A DNA stretch of 64,000 nt from Pocillopora damicornis. Its lineage: Eukaryota. This document shows positions 49,401 to 63,182 of this stretch, in pieces (position 1 is the stretch's first letter; each line of letters starts with the position of its first letter). The stretch lies in contig NW_020845264.1 in NCBI RefSeq assembly GCF_003704095.1, positions 806,001-870,000 of the forward strand. The letters are read 5' to 3'. The notes under the pieces were generated by a model. It was not told the origin of the DNA. It made no database searches and was given only the letters and a program-made list of their open reading frames with translations. A program made the translations under genes and the position numbers.

Positions 49401-52400
49401 ACCCAAAGCCAGCAAGAAAAGCCAGCTCAATACTTTCACTTTTTCATATTTATTACTTGACATAGAAGAAAAGAAAACTCGCTCTGTAGAGTCCAGTGAT
49501 AGTTATAAGAAATAGCTGATCTCAAATGCTGCTTGGTAAAGTTAAAAAAAAAGTCAATAGAATTTGCTGTCAATGTGCAATATGAAAATTAATGGGAGCT
49601 TTATTTAGTAAATATATCCCCTTTTTGGCTTTCTGGTATGTTGGCTGTTGTTGTCCTTGGCTGTGAGATTTTCCTCAAATTTCACATTTGCTCTGGAAGT
49701 TTCAATAAATAATAATTATTCACTTAAGATAATGCCTTTTAACATTAAAATGATCAAAAGTGCTTGACATGAATTTAAAACTATATATAAAATACAGCAA
49801 ATATAATGAATTATAAGAAATATCTATATCTATATATGTATGTATCTATGCTAAAAATACACAATTGACCACCCCCAAGAAAAGTTACTTGTTGTAAGCT
49901 AAATTAAAAAGATGTGTCTTAAGTTTTTTCTTAATTTTGCTGAGTGATTTCCCAAATATTTTCTGGAAGGATGTTCCACAGTGTGGGGGCAGAAGCATAA
50001 AATGAATGAGCTCCTAATGTAGATAGCATGCGCCCCTTGGCAGTCCAAAAATAATGAAGAATTGGATCAAAGGGAATGAACAGAACATGACTTAATGGAC
50101 ACTAAGTTACTAATGTAGCTAAGTGACATATTATATATAGCCTTAAATGTAATAATTAAAATCTTAAAATAAATACAGTAAAACACAGGTAGCCAGTGAT
50201 GGTTATATAAAGCTGGCGTGATATGATCATACTATCTAGTGTTCATTATAAATCTGGCTGCAGCATTCCATACACATTATAGGTTACTTATATGATATTT
50301 AGAAAGGCCATAAAGTAGGCTATTACAATAATTGGGTCTGGATGTAACAAAAGCATGAACTAATGCTTTAAGGGATTCCTGAGAAAGGTATTTAGAAATT
50401 CTACAAATATTGTGAATATGGTAAAAAGTGGTCTTACTAATTTGATTTATATGAGCATCCATACTAATTAAATTGTCAAATATTGTTGGCCAAAGGATCA
50501 ATCATATGATCACCTATATGAAGTATTGACGGATTTAATTTAACTGCTGATGAGTTCCAATAACTAGAAATTCAGCTTTATCATCATTGAGTAACAGCCA
50601 TCCTCCAATAAGCCAGTTCCTTATATCTTTAATGCAATCTTCCATTGCACGAATGGCCTCATCCTGGGCGTTAGCATCATCAGGCTTGAAACTCGCATAT
50701 AGCTGGTTATGATCCACATAACAATGGACCCAGGGAAGATGATGCTTGATGACTTTGAACAGCGTAGATGTGTACATAACAAATAGTAGAGGACCTCAAC
50801 AAGTTTCACTTCTTGGCAAACATTCATTTATCCGACAATATCTTGGCTGTGGACAGCCATGTAAACAGTGGGTATTTTTCTTTCAAAAAATACGTTACCA
50901 TTAAATATAGATAATCTATACTTACTCAGATTTTCAGTACCATGAATATGACAGTCATACAAAAAATGTTAGGGTTGGGGAATCATCAGTGTCATTATTC
51001 TAACATTGCCTCTTAGTTTGTGTACCTTATATTCCCACACATCTGTTGGCTGCTTTACTCCATCAGCTTTTAATGCTTCAAGTTCCTTCAATAGTACCCG
51101 CCTGTGATAGGAAACTACAACATTAAGAGGGGGAGTCTCCAAGTCATATTCAGAGAGCGACATCAGGAGGTTTCCATCAATTCCTGCATCTTGGAACCTG
51201 TCACCATATTCTTCTGCCCAATCACCCAAGCTTTCAAGCCATTTAGCCACATTCTGTGTACTCCACTTATGCACTGGTTTTCTTACAAGAGGATCTCTTT
51301 GGTCCATGAACAAACTTAGGACATGATATATAAACTACAATCAACAAAAGAGAAACAAAGATTTACTATAACTAGATTTAAAATACAATAACAATCCCTT
51401 CAAAACATTTGTATCATAAATTTTACAAATTACGACTGGTGTAAAAGTGTATCATATACCCTAATCAGTTGACTTTGATTTCTGTAAACAAAAAATTAAA
51501 GAAGGTGTTTAATTAAAAGATGTATTGTTTTATAACTACACTTTCTTTAGAAATATTTGTAACAGACCATGAGGAACTATCTAATCCAGTCACAAGAACA
51601 ACCTGTAACTTGTTTATTTTTTTAGAAGCTGTTAACTTTACTATAGTGCCAAAATTAATTTGGTTTAAATTTTTTTCAAACCAGTTAGATTAATATTCTG
51701 CTCTGATTTTCACATAATCAGAAGCAAATAGGAAAATATAATAAAACTGTTTCCACAAATTTCAAGCTGAGGAAAAATTACCACCACAACAGCCATTAAT
51801 TGTTCAATTTTTGTTCTGTTTAAGACATGATAGAAAGACAGCTTATTTTGAGAGCTGTTCATGAAAGATAGCAAATGATGTAAGATAGCCATTTGCTAGA
51901 TAACAGCACATTGCACACCACCTCAAATATAAGACCTTTACAGTAACTTACCATGACAATGCCAAGGACAGAGAGAACAATAAATATAAGCTTTGTGAAG
52001 GTAATCCCCAAATTTTGACCTTGAAGAAATTCTACTTCACGACTGCTATGCAACCTTTGTGAAGATTTGTTTTCTAGAGCATCAAACTTGGACAACACTA
52101 ATCCAAAATCTGGGGAAGTTTCCTGGAAACATCTTCGTTCAGCCTCTTCCTTTGAAAAGAGTACTTTGATAGTTTTTCTACCAGAAAATAATTTGGAGAA
52201 AAATAAAAATTCACTACAACATCAAAGATATCATATCACACCACATCTATACAGCATACAAGTAATATCATATGATCACTCCAGTATTTACACAGTGAAT
52301 GTAGCCTGTAGTAGGTTTCAATGTTATTACTATATTTTGCACATTTGTTCCTTGTAGTTTACATGATATACAGTAAATTCAACACTTATTTCTGTCTTGA

Positions 52401-53153
52401 ACATGAGCCCTTTCACTCCAAGGGGTGATTACAAGGTAGATTGAATTTCTCCTTAAAAAAAGGAATACATTTTCAACCAATAATATTGTCATTTCAACAA
52501 CTTTGTCAAGAAGGTAAAATGTAGAAAAGCAATGGGAATTTTTTCTCAAGACTGAACTGAGTGGACAAAAATGTTGTAATTGATATGAAAACTTAACTAA
52601 TGCAATGTTTACGAAATATTACCTGTAAATTTGCATTTAACAGTCCCTAATGAAGGCTTTTATGTTGTCAGGTACTCTTATAACATGAAATTAAGTACTT
52701 TGCATATCAATAGCATGTTGTGCCTGGGTATTTGAAGTTTTGAAATTTTGCAAGAAAGCTAAAATAAATTTGTAATTTAAAAATTTTAAGAATGCACTGC
52801 TTAACCTTCTTTATAATATGGGAGAATAACAAGTTTATTTTTTGCATTCATAGTAAGAATGTAGAGCACTTTGTTCATAAAGTATGAGGCTGTCCAGGTA
52901 AAAGTCACTGCACTGCAAAATAAAACTTGTTCTCATCTCACCGTAATGCAATATTAACTTTTGGGAATCCTGACCATGGTTGCCGACACTCTGGACATGT
53001 GTTGTGTCTTGATGCATGCCACCACTTTGCAAGGCAAAACCGACAAAAGCTGTGTCCACAACTAAGTGTAGTAGGTTCAACCATCAGCTCAAAACAGCAA
53101 CCACATTGTAAATCTTGTTTTAACAGTTGACTGTCCTGGCCACTCTTTGCCAT
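46471..53153 (-). CDS. BFAR: Bifunctional apoptosis regulator (RING-TM-SAM-multi-TM E3 ligase); exons ~53153-52942, 52177-51952, 51334-51026, 49192-49037, 47598-47399, 46721-46471
   Basis: RING CGCC..PTTLSCGHSFCRFCLAKWW..CPECRQPW.GFPKVNI.LR; LVRKPVHKW SAM domain; DVWEYKA..P.R..LL; C-terminal TM segments. Confidence 0.9.
46736..47070. mobile_element. Non-autonomous element with subterminal inverted CCAACTCGCCGACG repeats (spans an N gap)
   Basis: Tandem units at the left end, inverted units at the right end, and a perfect 15-bp hairpin at ~46985-47030. Confidence 0.75.
49860..50820 (-). mobile_element. L2/CR1-type LINE reverse transcriptase 3' fragment (pseudogenised)
   Basis: HCYVDHNQLY (decayed YADDTQLY), LLLNDDKAEFLVIG, LVHAFVTSRPNYCNSLLYGL. 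Confidence 0.85.
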
Positions 53154-53825
53154 AGCCTCTGGATTGGAGTAGGAATGATTACGATGTAAGCTTTATAAAG
53201 AAGTTAACTCTATTTTGGGAAGAAAGTAATTTGGTAACACCATACATTAATAAGGCAACCGTGTGTAGTAAGACGGTAAAAATTTCCGCACATCCCCATC
53301 CTACATTATACATTCAGTTCTTGAACAGAGAAAACAATAAGCAAAAACAATACATTTCCATTGGGAAAACAGATTTGTTTTACAATAGTATGGGGNNNNN
53401 NNNNNNNNNNNNNNNNNNNNNNNNNNNNNNNNNNNNNNNNNNNNNNNNNNNNNNNNNNNNNNNNNNNNNNNNNNNNNNNNNNNNNNNNNNNNNNNATATA
53501 TAATAAACACTAAAAGAACTACAGCTGATGGAAATTTAAAATTTCTTATTTAAGGGCTGTGGAAACAAACTTATTAGTGACTCTAAAAATATAGAAATCT
53601 AGAACGGAATTTTTTTAGAGTTGCATAGCTTTTCATTTTTCTGGAATCAAAAGTTGAGATTGCAAAATTCAAGTGAAAAGGCCTGAATTTTTTTCAGGCC
53701 TTATTTTCACTACTGCCTAAGTAGTGCAAATTACTGCGAGGATCACTTTCTTTCACCTGAAAAGCAAACCGTAGATAGAAGATACTTTTTGCGTCATACA
53801 ACAAGTTACATATCGTAAATATCAT

Positions 53826-54189
53826 TCTTCTTAATGCCTTTCCCGGTGTCACCGATGCCTTTCCCGATGCCTCTGTTGGTTAATATAACAGTAAAAATAT
53901 TGTTCCAGTCAAAGTGTTTGGAAAATTGCTTAACTTTTGAATTAGCGAAGTATAACCTGGTAACATTTTGGCTTTACGATACGATTGTTTTTTGCAAGTT
54001 ACAAAACGTAAACAAAATTCTTCTTAGTGCATTTCTGAATGCCACCGATGCTTATCCCGATGCCTCCATTGTTTAATACAACAGTAAAAGATATACGTAC
54101 CATCAACACTTTTGAAAAATTGCTTCACATTTTATTTAACGAAGTATACTGTTAACATTTCGGCTTTATAACACTATTGTTTTCTGCAA
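53826..54189. repeat. Diverged tandem duplication (~193-bp period)
   Basis: tcttctta.tgc..caccgatgc..cccgatgcctc..aacagtaaaa..aaaattgctt..gaagtata..tgcaa occurs twice. Confidence 0.75.
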
Positions 54190-54667
54190 CTACAACTGAG
54201 GTGTCTCTATATGAAGTGTTAAATTTGTTTCCCCGCTGACCACTCGTATTTCGGTCATTTCTTTATTCCCCGCTCGTCGCCCGTGATGTAATAACTCCCC
54301 AAAATTACTATGTCCCCAATACGGAAAGCGTACTCCGAAATCCGTCAGAAGGAGGTCATCTCGGGTAGATTTCCGATTGCGAAATCCGAGCTCGCCCAAT
54401 GTTGCCTTCTTGATGAAGGCCCTATTTAGCATTTTAGACCCGCATAACAGAGTAGAAACGAACACGTACTTCGTTTTCGCTCATGACTTCGTATTAGCCG
54501 TAAGATATTTGCTTTTTTTTTCGTTTCTTTCCTATATATTACAGACTCCACAAAATTTTTGCAATGTCTCCTTTTCACGGATAGCCGATCACAACTACAA
54601 CATAGTGACACCTCCACGAAATCTGTCAAAAGGAGGAAACACCGGAAATGGAGAGGAAAGATAAAGC

Positions 54668-55217
54668 CATCAATGGGTGTTGGTATCTACTGTAGGATGC
54701 TACACTCCTTCGGTAGTTTATCGGTACGACAGCCTGTTTTCGGGAAGAATTGCAGCCCTCGTGCAGAAACAGACTGCATCAATTATATAAGAGGAAGGAA
54801 CCAGTTTTAAGGTCATTGTATGTGCAACACCAGAACAATTACGATGATCGTGGAGTTTATGCTATTGCTTTTCTGGTGTCGCTACCACATTGCCTCAATC
54901 GTTCTAATCTGACATTTGACAGGAAGCTGATAAGACAACATTCTTTAAAGAGCCTGGAGAGTGGGTCATTCGTACGCTTTCCCCTCTCTAAAGTATCCGA
55001 GTGTCGAGACGGGAGGCCGCTTTTTGTTCAAGAGGTCTCGGTAATGTGCAAGTGTAGAATGCCGAGGGAAGAGTCAGACTCGAAGTCTCCTCTTTGTGTG
55101 AAATGTTGTAGCTGCAAGGAGTTTTTTCACAGGAAACGCATTTCAACAATTATTTTGGAAGGTTCAAGTGCAAAGTGGCGTTGTCCAAACTGCGAAAGAG
55201 CGGGAAGAGGAAAATAA
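54668..55217 (+). pseudogene. Ulp1/SENP-like (C48) protease plus PHD finger remnant, probably transposon cargo
   Basis: HQWVLVS, YDSLF, QHQNNYDD(R)GVYAIAF with catalytic Cys replaced by Arg; stop and frameshift near 54790; CKC..CCSCKEFFH..WRCPNC. Confidence 0.7.
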
Positions 55218-55610
55218 CCATTAATTTAACATGTAGCATTAACAACTGATTCTCAGAAATTCCCATTAATTGTTTATTAAGATAATCGTCGAAGTGAAAT
55301 ATATCTATGTTGTAATTTTTATCCATGTACGAATCAGCTAAAATAATTTTAAAACATATTCATAAGAAACTGTTCGAAAATCGTCATCTAAATATTGTAA
55401 TCACTACAATGTAGCGTAAAATATTTTCAATGACATCATGGCACAACGCAGATAGAGAACATGTAATAGGTGAGACAAGTCACGGATTATCCTTGTCGAC
55501 AAAAGTAATATCGCTTGCTACATTATATTCATACTTAGTCTCCGTCCAATCGAGGTAATGTATAATTTTTTAATCAATTACCATATTAGAAATAACAATA
55601 TATCGCTTAA

Positions 55611-56067
55611 AATTGTATCGAAGTGTTGGGACGTCAGGGGGGCAGATAGCTCGAGCAACTGAACTTGCTGAGAGAAGAGTACCAGAAGTCTTGGATCATA
55701 ATAGCTTCTTGTTTAATGTACCCCTGCCTACCCAACGTCTACTAACTTCGCCAACAATTCCAACTTTCACTACTATTGCCAAAAAGCTTAGCACTGATAT
55801 TATCATTTGGTTGTGTTTTCTTAACTATGCGAGATAGATGCACATATAGCCACGTATACAGCACATATAGCGCACTAACAGCTAACTTTGAGATAACCTA
55901 AAGGGCTAAGAATACACTCACAGATGTGAACCTCGCGCTAATAGAAAGTCCAAAAGTTTCATACAAATAAAGCGCTTAAAATCGCGTCTATATTTGGTAA
56001 ACATTTAACTAGAGGATAGCGATTTATCCGGTAAATAGCACCACCTAACCTTTGAGCAACCGAGGCC
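55611..56067 (-). repeat. Left arm of a ~460-bp inverted repeat (transposon end)
   Basis: Reverse complement of 58022-58478 with scattered substitutions. Confidence 0.85.
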
Positions 56068-58021
56068 NNNNNNNNNNNNNNNNNNNNNNNNNNNNNNNNN
56101 NNNNNNNNNNNNNNNNNNNNNNNNNNNNNNNNNNNNNNNNNNNNNNNNNNNNNNNNNNNNNNNNNNNAACTGAATGCATAATGTAGGATGGGGCTGTACG
56201 GAAATTTTACCCTCCGCGCGACAACAGTTTTAAAGAAGAATTTCAAGGAAGCCAATTTTGCATAAAAAAAATTACGCAATAGAATTTCTACTGCNNNNNN
56301 NNNNACAGCTTCTGGGCGGAAATACGAGCGACTGGTAAGAATTAAAGGATTTAATAAAACGAAGCTTCGATCTAAAGCCCTTCTTGAATTTGTACATGGC
56401 TCAGCTTCTCTTAGAATTAATTTACACAGTTTTACATCTTTCTGTAAGCGTCGATAAACACTTACCTGCTTCCNNNNNNNNNNAGAAATGATACGTGATG
56501 TTAAGTTTGACACAACGAGAAACGAAAGAGGGCTTCCAAGGGAGAAAACACTGCGTAGGAGCTAAAATTGTGACAAGAATTGATCACTGAAGTAGAATTT
56601 CTCTATGCNNNNNNNNNNNNNNNNNNNNNNNNNNNNNNNNNNNNNNNNNNNNNNNNNNNNNNNNNNNNNNNNNNNNNNNNNNNNNNNNNNNNNNNNNNNN
56701 NNNNNNNNNNNNNNNNNNNNNNNNNNNNNNNNNNNNNNNNNNNNNNNNNNNNNNNNNNNNNNNNNNNNNNNNNNNNNNNNNNNNNNNNNNNNNNNNNNNN
56801 NNNNNNNNNNNNNNNNNNNNNNNNNNNNNNNNNNNNNNNNNNNNNNNNNNNNNNNNNNNNNNNNNNNNNNNNNNNNNNNNNNNNNNNNNNNNNNNNNNNN
56901 NNNNNNNNNNNNNNNNNNNNNNNNNNNNNNNNNNNNNNNNNNNNNNNNNNNNNNNNNNNNNNNNNNNNNNNNNNNNNNNNNNNNNNNNNNNNNNNNNNNN
57001 NNNNNNNNNNNNNNNNNNNNNNNNNNNNNNNNNNNNNNNNNNNNNNNNNNNNNNNNNNNNNNNNNNNNNNNNNNNNNNNNNNNNNNNNNNNNNNNNNNNN
57101 NNNNNNNNNNNNNNNNNNNNNNNNNNNNNNNNNNNNNNCATTTTTCGTATAGTTTTCGCATTCTTTTCACTAACGGCGATTTGTTTTCTGTTAAATTTTT
57201 TCGCATAATTCTGCTTTGTTTAATTTCTTTCGTAAAAGTTTCTCAGAANNNNNNNNNNNNNNNNNNNNNNNNNAGTGCATTAGGTTAACATCGATTCCTT
57301 CGCTGCGATCATCTTTTAGTTTTTCAGTTCTTCGTGCTCGCAAGTCACACAACGTTTGTAAGTGTCTTTCCTTGTCCAATTTCCTCTGTTTTGCGTTTTA
57401 CTATTCCTTCTCCTTCGTAATAATTTGTAATAACTTGTTCCTTTTTAGCAACAAATGCAAATAAATCTTATAGCGTTCGCGTGTTGAAACCTGACTTTGT
57501 TGGCAGTCACACAAAGAGTACAAAAGTTTTGCACAAAATGCAGAAACTGAAAGGGAAGTAACAAAACTTCAATTTTTGTCGTAGTCGTTCGTCGTGGGTC
57601 ATTGAGCTCTTCCCTGAATGGCTCGTCTAACTGCACGGTTTTTTAGCGCGCACGATTTTTCTTTTTAGCACCATTCATTAGAGGCACATTTTGTTGTGGT
57701 GAAACGCAAACGGCAAATTAACATCTGGGTTCTCGTTTTTCTTCCAAGACAAAATACAGAAGGGCCTCGCAATGAGTACAAAAGTTTTGCACCAAATGTA
57801 GAAACTGAAAAGGAAGTAACAAAACTTCAATTTTTGTCGTAGTCGCTCGCATTAAGACGATCCCTCTATCAAAATAGCAGAATATGATGTGAAATAAGCC
57901 ATAACTATTATTTTTCACGGGCTTTAAATAGTTGTCTTTTTTTCTGTTTAGTCACGGTTGAAATGATAATAAAATGATCGACAAAACTTATAAGAAAAAT
58001 TAAACCTTGTGCTATCCGCCA

Positions 58022-58478
58022 GGCCTCGGTTGCTCAAAGGTTAGGTGGTGCTATTTACCGGATAAATCGCTATCCGCTGGTTAAATGTTTACCAAATATA
58101 GACGCGATTTTAAGCGCTTAATTTGCATGAAACTTTCGGACTTTCTATTAGCGCGAGGTTCACATCTGTGAGTGTATTCTTAGCCCTTTAGATTATCTCA
58201 AAGTTAGCCGTTACTGCGCTATATGTGCTATATACGTGGCTACATGTTCATCTACCTCGCATAGTTAAGAAAACACAACAAAATGATAATATAAGTGCTG
58301 AGCTTTTTGGCAATAGTAGTGAAAGTTGGAATTGTTGGTGAAGTTAGTAGACGTTGGGTAGGCAGGGGTACATTAAACAAGAAGCTATTATGATCCAAGA
58401 CTTCTGGTACTCTTCTCTCATCGAGTTCAGTTGTTCAAGCTATCTGTCCCCCTGACGTCCCAACACTTTGATGCAATT
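58022..58478 (+). repeat. Right arm of the ~460-bp inverted repeat
   Basis: Begins ggcctcggttgctcaaaggttaggtggtgctatttaccggataaatcgc, matching 56067 read leftward. Confidence 0.85.
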
Positions 58479-59586
58479 TCAGACTCCTGCCAAGTTGTGT
58501 AGTTTTTATGCTGTTTTACTTAAGTATCAATCATCGGTGGTATAAACACAATCAGGTACACATCAGGTAATCACTTCTTGCCCTGGCCTGTTCCTCCGCT
58601 TCCAATACAAATTGTCTACAGGCTCGACTTGCATGTTTCAGTTCGTTTTGTTGCTAGTAGAAGCTTAGGTTAGTAGAAGCTTAGAGAAAGATTATTATAC
58701 GTTGATACTAGCGTAAGACACATTAATGAGATCGGGGCCCTTGTGCGTATATTCCAACCTCAGATTTCTACGAAATGACCCACAGAAAATTCGTTAAGCG
58801 ATTAAGGGATCTGGCGATTTAGTGATTTTCAATGCACTAGGTTTATAGTATTTGGAAGTCGCACAGTATATGGAAACCAACTTGACACATCACATCACAG
58901 CAAAAAAATACTTTTCCCGTTCACGTCCTCATTGATTTAGTGCAACCATATGCTATTGAATGTGAAAACATCATATGATCATTTTCAGGCTTCATAAGAA
59001 ATAAGGACATCAAGCCCAAGGCCCTGTTTATAAGCTCGTCACTAAGAGTGTTTCTTCTTCCGCAAATAAGTTTGAGGTCTAGAGGAATGCTTGCCTGCGA
59101 GAGGTTTGTAAGTGGTCATGTACCGATAATGACTCCCAAATCCTTTTTAGACCTCTCACAAGGTTTCGAGAATCCTTGGGTTTTGTGTATCCCGCTGTGA
59201 CAACATAAGTAACAACTGAGCTACGAAGCCAAAAGTTGAGAGAGAGAGAGGGAAATTTTAAAAGAGGCGGAGGTAGGGAAGGGGTCAGTGCGTGATACGG
59301 GATTATACGTTTTTAATTTTTATGACCAGTAAAAATACGAAATTGAAACCCTGTGGTTTTTAAAAGGATTCAAAAGTTCCTTTGCGCAGCCGCTTAGTGT
59401 CCCAATGAAACCGATGTCAAGAAAGAAATTAAGTAGTGCTTGGCCGCATGCTTCGATGTCAGTGGTATCCTGTGAAGGGAGTTCCCAGGGCCCTCTCTCT
59501 TCATCACTCGATAATGAGAGGAGGCCTGTGTAACACAACTCGGCCGCGTTTCGAGGCGACTTTCATGATTGAAGAGAGGACAAAAG

Positions 59587-62500
59587 ATGGGCTGGCCTGA
59601 GGTTAAGCAAGCCGCCGATGAACATAGGTATGAACTAGTTCTGAGTGGTGCTACTGTTTCCGAGAGGATCGATAAAAGTGGCCTGGACAAAGATATTTTC
59701 GAGTTGACCTTTCTCAATTTTCTACAAATATCGAACACAACGTTGCTTTCGCTTCCGGTCGAATTAGGGCAACTGGTGAAATTAAAGACACTGGATTTGC
59801 ACAAAAATAGCTTAAAGGAATTACCAGCTTCCATAGGATTGCTCAAGGAACTTAAGCACCTTGACTTATCGGACAACAAGTTGCAAAAGCTTCCGACAAC
59901 ACTGACAGAACTGAATTTGCTTCAGTCATTGAATTTGAATTGCAACCAACTAACTGAACTGCCGAGTTTTGTACTTCTCACAAGTCTGAAACGAGTTGAC
60001 ATCAGTCATAATCAACTGAAAGAACTGCCCGATGGAATATACGAACTGGAACATCTGTCGGAAATCATCGCTTCTTACAACCAGATCAGCAACATTAGTG
60101 GTAATATCTCAAAACTGCCAGCTCTCAAGGTGCTGTCCTTGAATGCAAATAAGATTGAACTTCTTCCATCAGAATTGACAGACTGTCTTAAGCTGAAAGA
60201 TCTTCACTTGCAAGACAACTCGATTCAGGACAGGAGACTTTTTAAGGTTATCAAACAATGTTCAACCAAGGCAGTTTTAGATTACATCGCAACAAGAAGT
60301 GAGAAAGTGAAAGCTGGGAAAAAAGGAGGGAAAAAAGGGAGAAGTAGAAAGGTCAGCGAGGGAGCTGATAATGAAGTTAGTGCGGACCAGGCTGAGGCAC
60401 AATTTTTCAACCCAGTGGTCAGAGTTATGCACAGTGAAGAGTTTAAGGTTGTTTCTCAATCAAGTGTTAAGGTTGTGCGACCTTATATTGTATGTGCAGT
60501 GGTGAGGAATTTGGATCTTATCGATGCAGATGCCTATAAAAAGTTCATCAATATTCAGGTACCTCTTCACAGTTATACAAAAGAGTTATTGACCAAGTGT
60601 GAGGTCATGATGGCTAATAACCAGCCAGAAATTAAACAAGACTTATCTGAAAGTTGATGTTTGATTTTAATTTAGGCAAGTAAGAGTATCCTATGGGGTT
60701 ATATGTGATAGCTTGGGTAGGCCCCGATTAATAATTAGAGAATTATTGGATGTGGTAAAACCAGTGTTATACTCAGGGGTGGGTTAGTAGTCAGTCTAAT
60801 CCTTCTTGAATGCTTGTTTACCAGGTGAAAAGCTAAACTTTACTATCTAGAACCTTTTCATAGTGAAAAATATGATGTTTGGTCAGTGTCTTGATGATGG
60901 CTGGATTGCCATTAGCCATTAAAATGTCTTTTGTCCCATTTGCCTGTTTCCTCTTTTGTTAGATTAATATTCTAGCCTCAAACCACAGACACTGTTAACA
61001 AAGGAGAGGTTTTTCTTAAAAAAAACTTTATTTAATTAGCTAGGCTGTGGGGTTAGGAATAGGCTAAATTTGTCAAAGCTAGCAATAACAAAGCAAAACA
61101 TGGCAGAACTCATTTACATTTGTGGTCAACTTCTTTGACTGAAAAGAAGTTGATTTTGACACCATGGTGGTTTTCTATACCTTTGACTTTCAGCTGTTCT
61201 TACTTTTCTGCCTGCACTTGAGATGCTGTTAGTGCCTGTTTTTATGTCTGGACATTCCCTCCACACTCTCTCTCTCTCCCTCCCTCTCTCTTGCTTAAGG
61301 AGGAAGTTCAAAAATTGTCATGAGCTTGAACTGGGATGGAAAAAGAAGAGTCTGTATTTTAGTCCCAGATGGCTGCCTCGTTTGCATTTTCATCAGCTAT
61401 TACCTTGGCAGCATTGTATTGTTCCTTTGAATTTTCATCACTTTGTGAGGTTGATTTCCATACTCTATACTGAACAGCTTTTTTTTCTAGATTTCTGTAA
61501 GCCAGGTTATTTCCCATGTTGCAATATTCAAGTGCCATAAGTGTTGTTTTTCCTCACTGCCAAAAGTGTTGCAAATGAATTTTGATCAACAGAAGTTTCT
61601 GAGTGTCTAAACCAAAACCCTAGGCTGTTTCAATCTGGCGATCAGTAATGAATCCACACAACATCATCTTGATTGAAACATACCAACCTCTTATCCATAC
61701 ATTCTCAAGCTATCTCAATATATTCTCTAATAAGGTAGAATATGTTTTGTTTTTTCCATGATAATTTTGTTAACGATATTTTAAAATCTGAAGTTAAAAT
61801 AAATTGTGTATTTACCAGATCTGAGTGATTAGCATGTAATCAAATCAAATACAAATTTGAAGTTTACTTAGAAGTTACTTCCCTAGGTTTTACAACTTTT
61901 TGAATGCTACATTCTGTACCTTTATGATCAAATAACATTCTCTCTCTTGCTTACTAACAGACCAAACTTCATGAAAGCATTTGTGACCATAGAACATCAG
62001 CTACAATTGCCACACATGACATAGCACCTTTAGCATTCCCCCTGGAATATGAAGCTTGCCCTCCAAGTGATATCCAGCTGGTGCCTCTGGGAAGACAAGA
62101 GGAAATAACTGCTGAACAGCTGATAACAGACCTAAGAGCAGAAGCCATGAGACAAAAACAGAAAACAAAAAGAAATCCTTTTAAAACTGGACTTTTTAAG
62201 TATGATTTTATTTCCTGTTATTAACAACAACTCTGAGTTTATCTTTTTAAAAGATGAATGTTGAATCACAAATTTTTTCTGTTTCTTACAGGATGTTATC
62301 TATGTAGCTCTATAAACAGGGCTTCTTCAGATATTTGTAACTGATTTTGTTACTATTTTAAAAAGATGACTAAATAGCCTATAGAAATGGATGGGATGGC
62401 TACTGAAAGAGGGTTTACTTAACTATTATGCAGCAACATGCTTTTGACTGGCTTGTAAATGCAGTGTACAGTGGCAACCCTCACACTGACATCATCTTTA

Positions 62501-63182
62501 TCTGTTTCTTGCAATAGGTATCTTACTCTTATTGAAGGAGCAGAGTCATATGCTGTATTAAGAGACTCAAGTAGAACTGTTGTGTCTCTGCCTCCAGTTA
62601 CTAACTGTGACAAGAGTAAGGTAAAGACCCCATCAGGTCATACATACAACATTGGTGTACACTTGGTAAAAGTGCCCTCTGTTTGTTTTCTGGTGTGTTG
62701 TGTACAGATGATGAGGAGAGGAACCCCATTAGAGTCATTCTTGCTTATCCCATTTTAATCAAATTTTTCAAGGATGTTTGTTTGTATCATTGCTATATGC
62801 CATGAGACGTGAACCAATTTCCCAAGATATTGGACTTATTCATAGAAAGTGCAAAGCAAAAGAAAACAATTTTTTTTATTATTATTTGCAGATAACAGGG
62901 AAAAAGATTGATGTACTCCTGGAGGTAACATCACCAGTCAGTCTTGAAACTTGCAAGACTGTAATGGACAGTCTAATTAAGATGATGTTGGAAGTTGGTT
63001 TGTTTTCGGAAGCCAACACTTTGGTTGATGATGTAGAATGTGCAACTTCCTTGTCAAACCAAGAGCTTGTTATCGAACAAGTTAGAGTATTAGGCAGTGA
63101 TGGACAACTCAGAGTTGTTTATCCATCAAGAGTTGACCTGCAGTTTGAGTCAGTCAAAGTTATTAGACCAGAAAAAGTTTAG
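59587..63182 (+). CDS. LRRC47: Leucine-rich repeat-containing protein 47 (LRR + PheRS beta B3/4-like domain); exons ~59587-60558, 61961-62199, 62518-62620, 62892-63182
   Basis: WPEV..RYELVLSG, LRR array, VRPYIVCAVV, QTKLHESICDHRTSATIATHD, VSLPPVTN, EQVRV..LRVVYPSRVDL. Confidence 0.92.

Noticed and set aside
55959-57464. Long ORFs rich in X
   Set aside because: Artefacts of assembly N gaps
59320-59879. Antisense ORFs over LRRC47 (similar ones lie over DDX exon 8 and the GSTs)
   Set aside because: Shadow frames of real coding sequence with no recognisable domain
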